A model generated the notes under the pieces. The model was not told where the DNA came from and ran no database searches. It was given only the letters and a program-made list of their open reading frames with translations. Position numbers and translations under genes: made by a program. Shown piece after piece: positions 1 through 13,044 of a DNA stretch of 64,000 nt (within the stretch, counting starts at the first letter, position 1; each line of letters starts with the position of its first letter). The stretch covers positions 53,196,001-53,260,000 of the forward strand of contig NC_043004.1 in the NCBI RefSeq assembly GCF_006345805.1, written 5' to 3'. The DNA comes from Octopus sinensis (lineage: Eukaryota).

Positions 1-334
1 CTTAACATCTGAGACGGAGAAGTAGCCGCGATACACTTACACTTAACGTCAACTACAACGTAGTGTCTATTCACTCTTTTAACTATTTGTCATCGTTTGT
101 AAAGTATATTTAGAAATCCATCTATTCTACAACAGTATAGTGCTACTGTTTCGTAGATCCACGTGAAATATACATATATGCTATTAAAGATTACATATGA
201 ATAATTCAAGATCTTAAATACTAGTTTTTAAATTACATCATTTTTTTTTTCGTAATAAAGTGCAAGATCTAGAAATGGAGCTTCTCGGAAGGTTCACCGG
301 AGTAACGTCACTTGACGTGTTGCATAGCTTATAC

Positions 335-598
335 ACGCGGTCGAGGGATCGCGGGTTCGAATCTCAGACCGAGCGATATGTGTGTTTATGCGCGAAACAC
401 CTAAGCACCATGCAGCTTCGGCAGAAGATAATGGCGAAACTTCTGCTGACTCTTTCGCCACAACTTTCTCTCACTCTTTCCTGCTGCATCTTGCAGGTCA
501 CCTGCGACGGACCGGCGTTCCGTCCAGGTGGGGAACCTATACGCCAAGAAACCGGGAAACCGGCCCTTATGAGCCAGGCATGACTCGAGAAGGAACAA
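335..598 (+). mobile_element. tRNA-derived SINE, 5'-truncated (family 1)
   Basis: B-box GGTTCGAATC at ~353-362. Body aligns closely with the fuller copy at 7216-7527 and ends in GAAGGAACAAC. Confidence 0.75.
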
Positions 599-2029
599 CC
601 AACATAGGTTATACAATAGGGAGTGTCTCCAGGTCAAGCCGCCACTTCTCAGCAACTAGATGCCGCACCTCTGATGCATTGAACCTATGATTAGAATGCT
701 GCAGGAAACAATACGAAGAAGGGTGCTTGAACGCGAGGCATTTGACTGGAAGCCTGGAGCTAGATCAAGAACGTGCTTGTTGGATAATGCGCGTTGTCTC
801 ATTGGGTCACTCATAGAAATCCATTTAGAAACTCTAATGACGATTACCTCTGGTTGGATTTAATAGATGCAATGCCTGTAAACTATACACCAACGACACT
901 CTCATGAATAGTGGGTTGAGAAGATAACTGGCTGAATGTATATTTTCACTTAATTCAATACAGATCATCACCGGAAGGAGTTCGCTCTACAATGAAGATT
1001 ATTCCAGCCGCCAATGTATACATTGTATAATAGATAGCTGTTTTCACTGGAGAAAAAACTAGTTCACTGTAGTGCGCGACACGTTCGGACAGTATCATTG
1101 CCTCGGACCAACTAAAACCTTTTGAGTGCATTTGAAAGATGGAAGCATTTGAAAGACACACACACACATACATGCACATACATGTATACATACACACACA
1201 TGTATACACACACACACATACACCCGCGCACATATGCGTGCACGCGTGTGTTTCTTAACGTTTGTGCCTCATGCCGCTTGTCAAACTTAGCGGTTGAGCA
1301 ACAAAAAAAAGTATGGAATAAGTAATTACAAAACAGTACTGAAGTCGATTTATTTCAAGACCTTCGAAGACGGTGCCCCAGCTACTGTCGAATGAGAGGA
1401 ACCAATAAAAGAAAAATACCAATACAAATTAACATTATAATTTGTTTTTAAAGGCGACAGTAGTTCAGATTATAATAGTTATATCCCATTCAAATTTCAA
1501 GATCCATAATTTTGTACGGGTTGTGTATACAAAATTTTCCCCTGTAATATATTATGATTTATTTCAATTATTGATGGCTAAGTCTCAGTAGGAAAGGCTG
1601 AACCTCTGGCTTTATAACTGCCCACAAGCTCAATTGGAAATAGATCAGAAATTACTGTGATGCGAGTAGACCAGATGAGATGTACGAAAATTAGTAACAG
1701 AATGTGATCCATAAATTTAATCAATATTTACGCAGTAGCGTAAAATGGGTTGGTTTTTGTGACTACATTAGGAAAGCAGGATAAATTCTATCAACAGCGT
1801 TTACGGCTATTAACTAACTCTCTCACACATGTGGTCAGACATACTCTGTTTTAGAAGACCCAAATTCCTACATTGCACTAAATACCATGTAGTTGCCAAA
1901 TATACTGAAGTATACATTAACTTCACCCAGCTAATTTTATTTACTTATAACAATATGTTTCAAGTTATGTTGCTACACTATGAGTCACAAGTGTTCGTCA
2001 TATATCATAGTAGTTTATCCTGTCAATTA

Positions 2030-4185
2030 CATTGGTCTACAGGGCTTTTGGTGTTTAGGGAATAGACATAATTCCTATACAAAATCGGTCTCCTGAATGC
2101 AAATATAACTTTCTTTTTGACCTATCGGATCTAATGTTTAAGTTATTGATCATCCCTATAGTCACTATGTATGTGTGCACGTCCAGTACGCAGTGTGCGT
2201 TATTTTATTCTAATTCTATTATTTTCTTATTCCATACTTTTTAGATGTAGTAAATTAAGCAATAGAAAATGAGCAAGATATCCTCTTCAAGAAAGTGTGC
2301 GTTAGTTCCCCAAATATGTTTTGTTATATTTGTGGAGGATAGACTTTAACTTAATATCGAAAAAACATCGCTCAGTTTGTTGAAAGAGCATCTATAGCAT
2401 ATTTTGAGGTCAAGCTGGGATAAATATTGGGCACCGCATAGTGTCTGCAAACAATGTACAGAATACTTGCGACAATAGACTAAAGGGACAAATAAAAGCA
2501 TGAGGTTTGGTATACCAATGGTATGGTGGGAGCCATATAACCACATGGACGATTTCTATTTTTCTAACCTAAATTTGAAGGGTATTAACCGGGAAAATCA
2601 ACAAACATTTGTCAATCCTAATCTTGCCTCTGCTATTAGACCGGCTCTACACAGTGAAGTGCTTCATCTTCCTGTCTTCCTCAGGTAACTTTACCCTCAA
2701 CCATAGAAGATTCATCACCTGAAGATGACACTAGAGATTAAAACTTTTCAGTTGAGACTCTATCTCAGCTATTCTCTGTGGTAAAGCTGAATAATCTAGT
2801 TCGTGATTTGAACCTCCTAAAAAATCCTGCAGAACTGTTGGCTTCCCGACTGAAGGAGAAGAATCTTCTAGAGAATCGTGTCCGCATGAAGAGTTTCTTT
2901 CTTTCTCCACTAAAAGGGAAAGCTGGTTTACTGCAGAGATATCAGTGAGCTTCTTAATAAATTGGCATTGAGGAATACAAACCAGAAAAATGGCGTCTTT
3001 TCATAGACAGCTCTAAGTGTAGTTTAAAATGTGTAAAGTTGCACAACGGAAATGTGTATGGTTCTGTTCCACTCGACCACTCATCAACTCTGAAGGAAAA
3101 ATACGAAGAAATTTTAAGTTGGCTTTAGGGAAGATATTGTATCATGATCATAAATGGGTCATCTGCGTTAACTGCAAGGCGGTGAATTTTCTTATGGGAC
3201 AGCAATCTGTTTATACCAAATACCCAGGCTTTCTTTGCATGTGAAACAGGAGAGACCGAATAAACCACTATGTTAAGAATGACTGACTGCCTCGAACAAA
3301 TGTGGCTCCATGTAAAGCTGCCAATATATTGGAAGAACCTTTAGTTGAGCGAGGTAAGATCCTTTTCCCCCTTTCCACATCAAAGTCGGATTCATCAAGC
3401 AATTCGTCAAAGCTCTTGTCAAAAAGTGGGGACGCTTCAAGCATATATGTAGTGTATTTCCAGACTTGAGGATTGATAAACTTAAAGCAGGGAAGTTTGA
3501 TGGACCACAGATCTGTAAGCTCTTGAAGGACATCAAATTTCGTGAAAACGATGAGTGGACATGAAGCATCAGCTTGGCTATCCTTTGCAGAAGTAGTGCA
3601 AATTTTCCCTAGGAAACACAAAAGTGAAAACATTAAAGACTTTGTTACCAACTTGATATGAAATTATCGTGATACTGGCGCGAATATGAGCATCAAAATG
3701 GAATAGAGTTTTAGTCATCTTGATCGTTTTCCTGAAAATCTCAGAGGTGTTAGCGATGAACAAGGCGAACGATTCCATCAGGACATCAAGGAAATGGAAA
3801 CTCGATACCAGGAACTACCAGACGCTATGGGGATGCTAGACTATTGCTGGTGTTTAAAACGAGATATTCTGTTGCTCAACATTGACGGTGCACACAGAAG
3901 CGTGAATTTTTTCCTTGAATTTTCTGCAAAAAATCTTTGCCGATGTGCATTTTCAATTTTTAATTTGAATTCGTACTTTATTTTGTCTAGTATTACGCTC
4001 TCTTTATTGGTTCATATTATATCCTTCTTGTATGAATAAAATACTTACTCTGTCAGGTCTAGTAAAAATATCTAGACCTGATAGAGCAAAACTGTAGTTA
4101 TTTTTGAATTTAGTAGGCAAAATCACTTAAGAATTCGCTGAAATATTTTAGGCACCAGACAAAAAAGAAAAATTGCTGCCTAGTG
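2030..4185 (+). mobile_element. Chapaev3-type (CMC superfamily) DNA transposon, degenerate
   Basis: Broken transposase motifs FCYICG, WAPHxVC, FGIPMVWxEP, PLHIKxGxxKQFVKAL, SDEQGERFHQDI, DYCW. Long imperfect TIRs (CATTGG.../...CTAGTG) flanked by TTA at 2027-2029 and 4186-4188. Family name from recalled motifs and TWA TSD. Confidence 0.75.
2269..3900 (+). pseudogene. Chapaev3-like transposase pseudogene
   Basis: ATG at 2269 (MSKISSSRKC..PNMFCYICG). Multiple stops and frameshifts; ORF-track pieces 2500-2688 and 3794-4039 carry parts of it. Confidence 0.75.
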
Positions 4186-5019
4186 TTATATATCTGCACC
4201 TGCAAGTCGTTGCCGTTATGTTAAACTGTCGTATATCGAAATGTGGTCAAATGCGTTTTTTCAATAATTCATTTTACTTGCAATAGCTGGTTCTTTTGAT
4301 CAAAATATCGTATCTCCAGCTGCTTCAGATGTCAAGATATGAAAATTGTCGAAGTCTAGTACAACGGTTTAGCATTTTTCAAAAGTGTAGTAAGTACCAC
4401 ATACGACAGAATTGCTAAAATATTTCTGACTGAAAATCTCATACATGCATGGAATTACGATTTTATGCACCTAACAAAGTATTATTGTTGAGCTGAAACT
4501 GTTGCTAACGTAAAAAGAAATGGAATGATGAAACAATATTTTCGTTTGCTGAAAAACAACGTTTTGGACAGTTTTGTACAATAATAACGAAATCAACTGT
4601 TCCTTGGGTTAGAAATATCCACGTAAATACTCATACGTAAACGAACACACTTGCATACACTCACTCAAATATACACACACTCATCAATATTTTCAAGGCC
4701 GGTTTCTCGAGTCACCAGCCAGTCACAAAGATATTCCTTTTTGCCAGATAAGTGAACTGGAGTAACGTGGAATGAAGCGTTTTGTTCGAGAAAAACAGCG
4801 TATCGACCGTTCTAGAATCTTACCATCATGAGTACAACACTGGAAACAGAAAGTCACGCGCTTACGCTCACGCGCACACACACGCATATAATACACACAT
4901 ATGCGCGCGTGCACACAGAAATACGCGCTCACGCACACACACACTCCCACACACACGCATACATATATATTTGATAAAGTTTGAAATCTGTAGTAAGGTA
5001 TAGATCGCCATGTTGATTC

Positions 5020-5217
5020 GCTAGCCTCTACACGCATTTTTTTCTCTCCTCGTTTCTCTCCGTGTTTCTTTTCTGTATCTTTCTGTTGAAGAGCGTAGGC
5101 TCGAAACGTAAAAGACTTGTTTTATTTATATTCCTGAGCGCCATACTGATACAATTGTTTGTTTGTATTCCACCTGCCTTCGTCTTTTGTTTATTTTCAT
5201 AAAGCTTCCCGTTATAT
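5020..5217 (+). mobile_element. Penelope-like element 3' (pLTR) fragment carrying a hammerhead-like motif
   Basis: Contains the minimal hammerhead fold at 5078-5115 and ends in TTATAT. PLE assignment is inferred from the ribozyme type. Confidence 0.5.
5078..5115 (+). ncRNA. minimal type I hammerhead ribozyme-like motif (A6->U core variant)
   Basis: TCTTT-CTGTTGA-A-GAGC(GTAG)GCTC-GAAA-CGTA-AAAGA: stem I TCTTT/AAAGA, stem II GAGC/GCTC, palindromic ACGT stem III, GUA cleavage triplet. Confidence 0.6.
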
Positions 5218-5224
5218 GGTAAAC

Positions 5225-6437
5225 TTCGTCAGCTGCTTATTTTACGCCATTATTAAATGTTGACAATATTTTTTTGTTAGAAAGCTGACACATCTATTTC
5301 TTTATTCTCACATTTTGCGCTTTATAAAGTATTTATAAATTGTTTTTTGCTATTTTTGTTTAGAGATGGATAAGTCGGAAATTCATGCCGTTTTAAAATG
5401 AGTTTTTCTTGGAAATACAGCATCACAGATAGCTCGGAATATTAATGGAGTATTTTATTCTTATGTTATTACACATCAGATAGTATCAAGTTGGTTTGCA
5501 AAATTTCGCTCTGGTAACTTTGACCTCGCAAATGAGCAACGCGGTCGACCAGAAACAAGGATGGATAATGAGAAACTGAAAGCCACCGTCAAGTCAGATC
5601 CATCTCAAAGTGCCCGTGAATTATCGCTGTTGCTTAGTGTTAGCAAGCAAACAATATTGATTCACCTAATTTAAATCGGTAAAATGAAAAATTTGGATAG
5701 GTGAGTTCTACATGAACTCAATGAAAATCAGACAATGTTTGGCAGCCTGCATTATGCTACTTTCTCCTCACACAAATGAATCATTTTTGAAATGTAACAT
5801 GTGATGAGAAATGTATCCAATACAACAACCGTAAATGTTCAGCTCAATGGTTGGACAAAAACGAGGCACCAAAAAGCAAAATTCCTTAAAAGAAGCTGAT
5901 GGAGTATGTGTGTGCAGGTCTGGCGCTGGTGTGATCCATTATGATTTCATTAAACCTTGCTCATCAATCACGGCCGAAGTATACTATAGCCAACTGGATC
6001 AAATGATGCAGAAGCTTTAAAAAATAACCTAGACTAGTCAGCAAATCCACTTCTATTTTATTGCAAGACTACGCCAGACCACACATCGCAAAAATGACAT
6101 TGGTGAAACTGCATGTGTTGGAGTTGAAAGTTCTCCATCATCCATAATGCTCACCTGATCTTGCTCCCACTGACTACCACTTCTTCCAGAATTTGTATAA
6201 CTTTTTGATAGGAAAAAAATTTAATTTCAACGATACTGTAAAACAGGCCTTTCAAGATTTTATTGACTCTAGACTGCGGGGCATTTACAGTTCCGGGGTG
6301 AGAAAGCTACCGCTGAAATGGCAAAAGTCTATTGACAATATGGGTGCATATTTTGGTGAATAAAACTATTCCTTGTATTTATAAAGCATTGGCAAACATT
6401 TTTCTTTTCTACAAAATTCATACTTGATGACCTAATA
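5225..6437 (+). mobile_element. mariner (DD34D) transposon relic
   Basis: Degenerate transposase from ATG 5366 (MDKSEIHAVLK) with CDEK, QDYARPH and SPDLAPTDYHFF motifs, ending at 6363. Right TIR ...ACTTGATGACCTAATA present; left TIR not seen. Confidence 0.85.
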
Positions 6438-7142
6438 ATAACCTGTGAGTGGTTTTATATTTGGGTTTGTGAATATACATGTATATGAAGTACATTTTGA
6501 ATTCGTGATATATTTCCCATGATAATTTGAATGAATAGTAAGTCCATCTGACTATTTTCTGTATCACTAATTTAATATATCTTAACTAACTCTTACATGA
6601 ATATTCACTGCACATAATTCTAAAGTTTATCTACATATATTTATATCCTATCACTGTAACACCTATGATATTCTTACTAATCATCAACTGGCCATAACTT
6701 AGACATAAGCAACATAAGAGCGTTACCATTGGCTCAGTTTCCGCTCTGATATTTCAATACTATTACTGGACATAGCTTACGATTATCTGGACATTCACTG
6801 GACGCATTCCTGCCATGAAAAATACCTACATTAAGTACGCTACAATAACATCCAACTCTGTAGTCTTGTGATGATTGGGATTACTATATCTTAGTTAATG
6901 ACAAATGGTTCAAAATCGTTATATAATTCGTACGCTTAGTAGTAAAATGAAATCTTTTCATCGTAGAATTTCCTTGGCCAATTTAGAATAGAAATAGAAC
7001 TTCATTCGATACGTTGAAAACTAAGCAAATTTCCTGTTTAAATTTTCATTACAAAAAGTCTGCTACCAAATATGGTGATCGGAAGCAATGCGTTAATTAT
7101 TGTGAAAATCTCTATACATTACTTAACATTTATATATTCTAG

Positions 7143-7697
7143 AAAAATATTTGAAGAGAATTTACGTATATCTGATTATGTGACATATAATTATGTGCTG
7201 TACTTGACGATTATAGCGGAGGGACATGACCTACTTGTTAGAGCAGCGGACATTGCTGTCGATGGATCGCAGATTCGAATCTCAAACACGGCGATGTGTG
7301 TGTGTTTATGAACGAAACACCTAAGTTTTACGCGGCTCCGGCAGAAGGTAATGGCGAACTTCTGCTGACTCTTTCGTCACAGCTTTCTCTCAGTCTTACC
7401 TCCTGCATCTAGCAGCTCACCAGCTACGGACCGGCGTCCCGTCCAGGTGGAGAACCTATATGCCAATGAAACCGAGAAGCGGGCCCTTATGAGCCAAGCA
7501 GGGCTCAAGAAGGAACAAACAACAACAACTTGACGATTATATGCCGAAGTTACCTCTTTATACACGGGCTCACATTAACAGTTTCTGTATGAAGTAGACA
7601 AGTCCATGCAGTATATCTGAAGATTAGATTATTTTGAGTAATGAAGTTTCGTTTTTACATAAAATTTAAGTTGGCTGACTATACACACACACACACA

Positions 7698-7751
<54 letters not shown>

Positions 7752-9909
7752 TAACGTGTTGTATGCTAACAAAATTTGATCATGTTATTTATTTTCTTAA
7801 CATATCAGTTGGAACTTCTAGAGATTGTGCTGTGTCAAGTACGTTGCCTAATTGCATACATGTTGTGTAACTTTATATTTTCTATGGCTATCATGATATT
7901 TTATATTTTATATTACTATTATGGTATTCTCTATTTTCTATTGATTACCTATATGAGACTCTGACCAGTTTTCTATTCCAGGTTCATGAGTTTACTTGCT
8001 TGTATGAAACGAGGTTTGGTACTTTCTTTAAAACCCTAATTACTGAACCCTTGCAACACAGAATATAAGGAAACAACATTAATAGCACGAGTATTTGAAC
8101 GTAAACATAAACGAAAACTTGGCTGCAAACCAGTACACACTTCCACATTTACACACATGCACATACATAGTAGACTTAAATCAAAAGACATTTGTTTCTA
8201 TTTGGGAAAAGACAAGCGGAAAGATTCAAAACTATTTTGCACATTGAAAAATCACCGGTCGTCAACATATCAAATGGATTGTGGTAAAAAATAATTAAGC
8301 GGAATAATGTTTAAATATTTTCGAGTGACAATGAAATTTTGCCAGTTAAATCAGAGCAACATTGCAAGAAAATAATTACAGAATTTGAATGTATCTCACA
8401 TATTTAAACATTTAAATAAGACAAGCACCAGCATACAAGGGACTGAAGAGAAAATATTAAGAAGAGATTATATTAACATTTGATCAAAAGTTTTGTGCAA
8501 TGATGTATTCGGAAATAGATATCTGGAAGATCGCTACAAAAAGGGAAAGTGTTCTAAAGCCTTTCAAAACCGTTGAATGCAAATTGGAACGCGATATTAA
8601 TCCCCTAATGTTTGTCCATTCAATTGTTTGAAATGTAAATACATGAACGCTTTCCATATAGCCAAATGCCAGAATATGATTGGATGATCAACAATGCAAT
8701 TGTTCCATCTGATGTAAACAACTGACTGAAATATAAATTAATTTCCCTTATTTGTAAAATTCAACAAATTTATCTAAATTTACAAAGTAAATTGATGCTA
8801 TGTATATGGAGTGAGCTGAGAAACCTGTACATTTATTATAAAGAATCATATCAATATAAAACTTCGAAATTACCATTCTTTTCCTTATACCACATGCATA
8901 ACAAAAATATACAACTGAAACATACAGGAATGAGGAATTAATGTTTTTGTATCAAGCGATGCCAAAAATGGGAATATCTTTATACAAATGACAGTACTAT
9001 TATCCTTAGGTCTACCATACATTCCAAAATTCGTTTCCTACCATCAGCACGTAAATTCCATTGAATGGCCTCTTTTTACATGTGTCACATTAATTCTCTA
9101 ACAATACTTATTTTTGAGAGAGGGAGTATATGCAGTGCCATTAAGACTTCATAGAGTCTCCGTGGCTGGGTGGAAGGCAGGTTAATGTACTTTGAAGTGT
9201 ATAGGCAATGCAGGAACTGGAGTTCATTAAATGCAGCCAGGTTAAGAGGTGATAGTGTTGGAAAACAAAATAAGGATTAATCGTAATATTCACGTATGCC
9301 TAAACAGAACAACTGTTTGTCTGTTGCTAGAGCGGTTTAGTTAGTCCATCCCACTAGACCAGCAATTTATTTATCGACTTCAGAAAGAGAAATGATACAC
9401 CTGGTCTCGGTTTTTAAAATTAGAATACACGTTATGAGAAATAAATATCACACAATCCATTTCATCCGATGCTCTGAAAACAAAGCAAATTCCCCGGATA
9501 AATATACAACACAAAAACTTTTATTTTTAAGAGGTTTGTCACCAAAATAGGATGATTCAGTACGAAAATCCGTATACCATAGATAAGATTCATCTATTCT
9601 AGAAAAATGTTTTACGATAAGATGTGTTTCATCATATGATTTCAAGGTCTGTGCTTTAGTTGACGATTATATACACGAGTACACGTTAACTGTGTCTCTA
9701 TTGAGAAGACAAGTCCATACATATGCATAATATGTGAAGAATTTATAATTTTGAGCTATGAAGTTTCGTCTGTACATAAAATTTAAGATAGGTGACAATA
9801 TGAGCATTTATGTTGACTTAATTTACGTTGGGTATACTAACAGAATTTTATTGTGTTATTTATTTCTTTAGCAATTCAGTTGGAAATTCTAGAGACTGTG
9901 ACGTGTCAA
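7143..9909 (+). CDS. candidate spliced host-gene segment of 8 short exons (7143-7165, 7809-7838, 7982-8013, 8662-8713, 9010-9050, 9119-9180, 9603-9646, 9880-9909); product unknown
   Basis: All have AG/GT borders and several have CTAAC/CTGAC branch points. Phases chain into a stop-free 104-aa frame. Sites were picked by eye, so chance chaining is possible. Confidence 0.35.
7216..7527 (+). mobile_element. full-length tRNA-derived SINE (family 1) with 14-bp TSD
   Basis: tRNA-like head with A/B boxes and an (AAC)n tail. ACTTGACGATTATA is duplicated at 7202-7215 and 7528-7541. Confidence 0.9.
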
Positions 9910-10036
9910 GTTCGTTGCTTAATTGTATAACCGTTGTATAATTCAATTTTTGTAGCACATTTACTATAGTTCATATTGTCATTATTTCTTAAATTGAACA
10001 GTATCGCGGAAAACTTTGAACAGAGTTCAATATTTC

Positions 10037-10079
<43 letters not shown>

Positions 10080-10574
10080 ATATATATATAATATATATAT
10101 ATATATACTGAGAGATAGCAACATATATCGACATCACGGAAACTACTACATATCAACATTCTCTTTCGCTCACTCACTATTATTCTGTCGTTAATTGTTG
10201 GAGATTCAGAAAATATGCCGTGCAAAATCCACTCAGAAAAACTGAGCAGTGTTTCGTTAGTTTAAGATAGTCGTGATAAAAAGAAATATATTCAGTTTGT
10301 TGAAATACGATCTATCCTACAGCTGATATTTATTTTCATATATGGTGGTTTAAACTAATTTTTCAGGGTTTTAAATTGACTCGTGCTTGGCAAGTAGACT
10401 GTCGTCATAAATGTCAACATCGTTGAATATGGTTCCATATATTTTGAGTAATGTCGCAATATGCAGTAGATACTATCGATCTGGATGTAAATCAACCAAC
10501 ACTAATACACACACACTACACACACACTCACGCACATACATATGTATATTTACCAAACGTTTCGTATATATATA

Positions 10575-10660
<86 letters not shown>

Positions 10661-10664
10661 AGAG

Positions 10665-10700
<36 letters not shown>

Positions 10701-10726
10701 GGATGGATAGATGGATAGATAGATGG

Positions 10727-10780
<54 letters not shown>

Positions 10781-11142
10781 TATGCGATGTAGATAGATAA
10801 ATAGATACATACATATGTGGGCGAAAAAGATATATAGGATAAAATTTATGTATGCTTGTATCACATTAGCTCTGGTGCCATAGAAAGTAGTAGTTATAGA
10901 GATGCTCCATATGCTATGTGAATATAAGTGGAATAATCTATTTAGATTTATTTAAAGCGAAAGTCGAGTTGATGTGTTCAGCAGTTTTAAATTTCCGGTT
11001 TGTGAGTACGAATCAATGTTGAAGACAGCTGTTTATCTTTTTACAACTTACTCTCCGTGTCCTCTTCTTCTCTCTATCGCTATATCTACCTCCCTTTTTA
11101 TCTCTTTCACTTATCTCTAAGTAACTGTCGCTTCACTTGTAG

Positions 11143-11267
11143 GAAATTCGGGTATATATCTTATATGGTCACTTACAAATATGAACATATTCCCAGACTT
11201 TATGCAATCATACACGCAAATAAAAGCGTTCTCGTTTGAATTCAATGTTGAAAGGGATGAAAATCCA
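11143..11267 (+). CDS. candidate internal exon (125 nt), unknown product
   Basis: Long polypyrimidine tract ending CTTGTAG, open frame NSGIYLIWSLTNMNIFPDFMQSYTQIKAFSFEFNVERDENP, donor GTGAGA. Confidence 0.35.
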
Positions 11268-11311
11268 GTGAGAAACATATTGCTTTCTGAATGTCATTCT
11301 CTCTCTCATCT

Positions 11312-11352
<41 letters not shown>

Positions 11353-11507
11353 TCTGTATATATGTGTGTGTGTGTATCTATGTATAGATAGATAGATAAA
11401 TAGATAGACAACAACCTCACCATTTACTCTGCTGCTGTTTTCAACAACATGAAATATACCTACCTATAGTCGCTATCTGAAATCGCCTTTATCGTTATCT
11501 TCGAACT

Positions 11508-11510
11508 AGA

Positions 11511-11572
<62 letters not shown>

Positions 11573-11847
11573 TTATTACTACTACTACTACTTCTACTAT
11601 TACTAATAATAATAATAATAATAATAATGATAATAATAATAATAATAACAATAACAATAATAATAACAATAACAATAGCAATAATAATAACAATAATAAT
11701 AAAAATAATAATGATGAGGATAATAATAACAATAAAAATAACAATAATAATAAAATAACATAAATGGTCATGATGATAATAATAATAATAATAATAACAA
11801 TAATAATAAAAATAACAATAATGATGATGATGATGATGATGATGATG

Positions 11848-11896
<49 letters not shown>

Positions 11897-11927
11897 AGAT
11901 GATGATAATTTATTACTATCATAATCA

Positions 11928-11964
<37 letters not shown>
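11508..11964. repeat. compound trinucleotide microsatellite (ACT)n(AAT)n(ATG)n(ATT)n
   Basis: Directly visible. Confidence 0.95.
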
Positions 11965-12660
11965 GTTTATCACGTGCTTTCACTGCACTACCGAGCGCAG
12001 CTCTGTGTATCTTGGGTATCTGCTGTGGTTTGTTGTGATACTCGTATATTCACTGTATTGAAAGTGTTCTACGTAGGATGTGTGCGACAACTAGCAGTGC
12101 TATTTTCTGTATGCTGCCTGTACTTGTATTTTGGAGATATAGTTGTCTGAATATTTTTTTAACATATCTAATGCGCCTATTATGATACGAAGTGTTTCTG
12201 TTTTTAGACTCCACATTCCATTTACCTCTAGTTCCTGGTCTTCGTATTTTGAAAATTTCTCCATTTCTTTTAGAAAAAGATTGTCATCCTTTGGTATTGA
12301 TACATCAATTAGAAAGCATTTTTTCCTTGATGATCTCTGATAACTATATCCGGCCTGTTGGCCTTAATTTCTTTATTGGAATTTCCCATGGCTGCTTTCT
12401 CGGTTTTTGGGACCTTTTTCTGGTGTATGCCTATACCATCTTCTTTCTATTGTTATTCCATAGTTCTTTCTGTTGTTATTCCATGTCTGTGAATATGTTC
12501 CTTCTTAGATACGACTAGGCTGCCAGACAGAATATGATTTATTGTTTCTTCGCCACCACCACATAGTCTGCAGTTACTTGTACTTCTTTTCTTTACGTGT
12601 TTTTGGTAATTTCTGTTGAGAAGGCTTTGGTTTGTGCAATTAAAAAGCTTTTAATCTGTT
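11965..12660 (-). mobile_element. R4/Dong-like RLE non-LTR retrotransposon, 3' fragment
   Basis: Minus-strand CRLCGGGEETINHILSG zinc knuckle, ANRPDIV and LIDVSIP..D (PD-(D/E)xK-type RLE). (TAA)n on both sides. Confidence 0.85.
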
Positions 12661-12712
12661 ATTATTATTGTTTTTGTTGTTGTTGTTGTTGTTCTTCTTC
12701 TTCTTCTTCTTC

Positions 12713-12806
<94 letters not shown>

Positions 12807-12807
12807 A

Positions 12808-12838
<31 letters not shown>

Positions 12839-12990
12839 TACTATTATTATTATTATTATTATTATTAATATTATTATTATTAATATTGTTATTAATATTA
12901 TTATTATTAATATTGTTATTATTATCATTATTATCACTATTATCATTATTATCATTATTATTATCATTATTATTATCATTATCAATATTA

Positions 12991-13043
<53 letters not shown>
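12661..13043. repeat. (ATT)n microsatellite between two R4/Dong-like copies
   Basis: Directly visible. Confidence 0.95.

Positions 13044-13044
<1 letters not shown>

Larger units (their letters stand above)
7133..9960 (+). repeat. diverged local direct duplication (7133-7890 vs 9595-9960)
   Basis: Colinear shared blocks TATTCTAGAAAAAT, TTGACGATTATA, AGACAAGTCCAT, ATGAAGTTTCGT..ACATAAAATTTAAG and CAGTTGGAA..CTAGAGA.TGTG..GTGTCAAGT. Confidence 0.8.
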
